A stretch of DNA of 64,000 nucleotides. Origin: Elusimicrobiota bacterium. GTDB taxonomy: Bacteria; Elusimicrobiota; Elusimicrobia; UBA1565; UBA9628. Under the pieces are notes generated by a model. That model was not told the origin of the DNA. It saw only the letters and a list, made by a program, of their open reading frames with translations, and ran no database searches. How positions within the stretch are numbered: position 1 is the first letter of the stretch; every line of letters starts with the position of its first letter. The DNA lies in the NCBI GenBank assembly GCA_027371715.1, contig DAHXMM010000005.1, positions 133,750 through 197,749 on the forward strand, read 5' to 3'. Shown piece by piece: positions 61,787-64,000 of the stretch. The position numbers and the translations under genes were made by a program.

Positions 61787-63229
61787 TTATTTTCCGCCGA
61801 GAACGGTGTAGTGCCAGGGTTTGCGAACCTCGCCGGACATATCCGCCATGATGTGTTTAATAACGGTATATTCTTCAAGCGCCTGTCGAGACAAATCTTT
61901 TCCAAAGCCCGATTGGTTGAACCCGCCGTGCGGAGTTTCAGAGGTTAGAGGCAGATGATCGTTGATCCAGACGGTTCCAAAGCGAAGAGCAGAAGAAATC
62001 CGCAGAGCTCGTTGTGTATTTGATGTCCAAACCGAAGCCGCAAGGCCGTACTCCACGTCATTGGCGAGATGAATCGCTTCTGTCTCATCTTTAAACGGCA
62101 AAAGGCAAACCACGGGGCCAAAAATTTCTTTTTGGATGAGTTCAGATTTTTGCGCGGCGTTGAGGATAATCGTGGGACTAAAGAAAAATCCGCTCTTAAG
62201 ATGAAAGGGGCGGTTCCCGCCTAAGATAATTTCTACGTTTTTGGCGCGTTCTAAAAATCCCTCGACACGGCTTCGGTGTTCTTCGGAAATCAAGGGTCCC
62301 ATGTCGGTCTTTGGATCGTCAAAAAGCCCAAGTTTTATTTTTTTTGTCTCTTTGAGAAAATCAGCGGTAAAGCGATCAAAAACTTTTTTATGCACATAAA
62401 GACGGGTTGCGGCGGTACAATCTTGCCCGGCATTCACAAAAGAACCGACGACGGCGCCTAAAACGGCGGCGGATATATCCGCGTCCTCAAAAACGATGAA
62501 GGGGGCTTTCCCGCCCAGCTCTAAATGGGTGCGCTTGACCGTCGCGGAAGCCTGAGACATGATTTTGCGTCCCGTCAAAGTATCTCCGGTAAAGGAAATC
62601 ATTTTAATCTCCGGGTGAGAAGTTAAAAGTTTTCCGGTTTCTTCTCCGCCAAAAACGACATTAATCACGCCTTCGGGAATCCCCGCCTTTAGGGCGAGTT
62701 TCGCGATTTCAAGAGTGGTCAATGGCGTTAATTCTGCCGGCTTGATGACACAGGAATTTCCCGCTGCTAAAGCGGGGGCGAGTTTCCAAATCGCCATCAT
62801 CAAGGGATAATTCCAGGGCGTAATTAAGGCGACTGGGCCGATGGGCTCCCGCTTAAGAAAAGACAAATACCCCGTCGCATACTCGGCGGATGCGGGAGTT
62901 TCTAAAACCCGCGCCGAAGAGGCGAAAAAACGCAGGTTATCGACGGCAAAAGGCAAATCTCCGTCTTCAGAGAGTTTGAGGGGTTTGCCGGTATTTTGAG
63001 ATTCTAAACGCGCCAGTCGCGCGGAGTTTTTTTCAATGAGACTGGCCCAGCCAAAAAGAAGCGCGGCGCGTTCGGCGGGAGATTTAGAAGCCCAAAGCGG
63101 GAAGGCCTTTTTCGCTGAAGAGACCGCGGAGTTGACTTCTTTTTCGCCCGCGTCCTTGATTTGCGCGAGGGTTTCCTCGGTTGCGGGGTTTAAAACGATG
63201 CGCTTAAGCGGTTCCTGGTTCTTTGTCAT
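61787..63229 (-). CDS. NAD(P)-dependent aldehyde dehydrogenase (aminobutyraldehyde/betaine-aldehyde DH-like)
   Basis: ELGGKAP and the catalytic-Cys block NAGQDCTAATR. Start moved to ATG 63227-63229 (MTKNQEPLKR), which overlaps the upstream gene by 26 nt. Confidence 0.85.
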   Translation of the reverse strand: MTKNQEPLKRIVLNPATEETLAQIKDAGEKEVNSAVSSAKKAFPLWASKSPAERAALLFGWASLIEKNSARLARLESQNTGKPLKLSEDGDLPFAVDNLRFFASSARVLETPASAEYATGYLSFLKREPIGPVALITPWNYPLMMAIWKLAPALAAGNSCVIKPAELTPLTTLEIAKLALKAGIPEGVINVVFGGEETGKLLTSHPEIKMISFTGDTLTGRKIMSQASATVKRTHLELGGKAPFIVFEDADISAAVLGAVVGSFVNAGQDCTAATRLYVHKKVFDRFTADFLKETKKIKLGLFDDPKTDMGPLISEEHRSRVEGFLERAKNVEIILGGNRPFHLKSGFFFSPTIILNAAQKSELIQKEIFGPVVCLLPFKDETEAIHLANDVEYGLAASVWTSNTQRALRISSALRFGTVWINDHLPLTSETPHGGFNQSGFGKDLSRQALEEYTVIKHIMADMSGEVRKPWHYTVLGGK

Positions 63230-64000
63230 GTTGTTTTTTGACTCCCGCCGGCTTTTTAGATTCAAAATGTCGGGCGTTGACTTCTTTAAAAACTTTTTCG
63301 ATGGTATCAAGCGATTGATTCATTTCTTGCTGGGTGATGGTGAGTGGCGGTTCGATGCGGATGGTTTTCGCGGAAAAAAGAGTTCCCGCGACTAGTACCC
63401 CATGATCAAAGAGGCCCTTGGCGATTTCATAACCCAAGGCATCCGAGGGAAATTCAAGTCCGATCATGAGGCCCTTTCCGCGGACATCCGCGCACAGTTT
63501 CGGAAATCTGCGGCGCAGGGCCTTGAGTTTGGAAATCATTTCATTTCCCATTTTGTCGGCGCGCTCGGGAAGCTTTTCCTCAAGAAGAACATGGATATTG
63601 GCGATGGCCGCCACGCAGGCCAGAGGGTTTCCTCCAAAGGTGGTCGAATGAAGCCAGGGCTCGGGAAAAAGTTGTTCCCAAATGGTTTTGTTTGAGACAA
63701 AGGCTCCAATGGGCATAACGCCGCCGCCCATCGCTTTTCCCATGCACATGATGTCGGGGACGACATCCCAATGGTCCACGCAAAACATTTTCCCGGTTCT
63801 TCCCATGCCGGTTTGGACTTCGTCGGCAATCAGAAGCGCCCCGTACCGGTCGCAAATTTCCCGGACTCTGGGGAAATAATCATCTGGCGGAACATTGATG
63901 CCGCCTTCGCCTTGAATGGGTTCGAGAATCACTCCCGCGATGTCGTTTCCCACCTCATCAGCCGAACGGACGATGGACTCGATATAATCGGCGTCGCCGT
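63204..64000 (-). CDS. class-III PLP-dependent aminotransferase (putrescine/acetylornithine aminotransferase-like), C-terminal part; N-terminus lies beyond the window end
   Basis: The frame stays open upstream of the listed GTG (63951-63953) to the window end. EPIQGEGGINVPP, LLIADEVQTGMGRTGKMF and STFGGNP are class-III aminotransferase blocks. Confidence 0.85.
   Translation of the reverse strand, partial: GDADYIESIVRSADEVGNDIAGVILEPIQGEGGINVPPDDYFPRVREICDRYGALLIADEVQTGMGRTGKMFCVDHWDVVPDIMCMGKAMGGGVMPIGAFVSNKTIWEQLFPEPWLHSTTFGGNPLACVAAIANIHVLLEEKLPERADKMGNEMISKLKALRRRFPKLCADVRGKGLMIGLEFPSDALGYEIAKGLFDHGVLVAGTLFSAKTIRIEPPLTITQQEMNQSLDTIEKVFKEVNARHFESKKPAGVKKQHDKEPGTA

Noticed and set aside
1-64000. 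Search by eye for CRISPR arrays, rRNA genes, IS elements or transposases, and additional tRNAs.
   Set aside because: I saw no regularly spaced 25-40-nt repeats, no rRNA-like conserved blocks, no DDE or IS-type ORFs with terminal inverted repeats, and no further tRNA-like D/T-arm signatures. A tRNAscan, Infernal or CRISPR-finder run would be needed to be certain.

Overview
This is a 64-kb chromosomal window from a diderm (Gram-negative-type) bacterium, densely coding on both strands. Spot counts of single 60-nt lines give about 42-52% G+C in the backbone. The left 40 kb and right 9 kb look like ordinary core genome. They carry a partial UvrD-type helicase, an MltD-like lytic transglycosylase, DUF4105/DUF3015-type exported proteins, acyl-CoA desaturase with ahcY, the heptose genes gmhA and an hldC-like gene, a 1164-aa NHL/transglutaminase-like/TPR protein, thyX, glgC, phoH-ybeY, two parvulin PPIases, mfd, hemC, ugd, a Zn-ADH and a YfhO-like membrane protein. 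After the island come agmatinase with a deoxyhypusine-synthase-like gene, DUF971 with a beta-eliminating lyase, a histidine kinase, and an aldehyde dehydrogenase with a partial class-III aminotransferase. Between 40407 and 55246 lies a ~14.8-kb integrative island. It is bounded by a 38-nt direct repeat equal to the 5' half of tRNA-Ala(CGC), and its right end carries RHH-like, replication-relaxation-like, excisionase and tyrosine-integrase genes. The cargo is almost entirely conflict and defence genes: an MNT/HepT toxin-antitoxin pair, an alpha/beta hydrolase, an AbiEi/AbiEii pair, a divergent HNH-endonuclease / HTH-fused C5-methyltransferase / Vsr module, and a visibly GC-richer three-gene operon at 46714-51782. 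That operon encodes a TIR-like protein with a glycine zipper and zinc ribbon, a 1255-aa protein with no motif I can name, and a PIN-like (DUF4935-type) protein. I cannot assign this operon to any named defence system, and it is my best candidate for the undescribed system. I found no rRNA, CRISPR array or IS element. All functional calls are motif recognition by eye on the supplied translations, and no database search was run.
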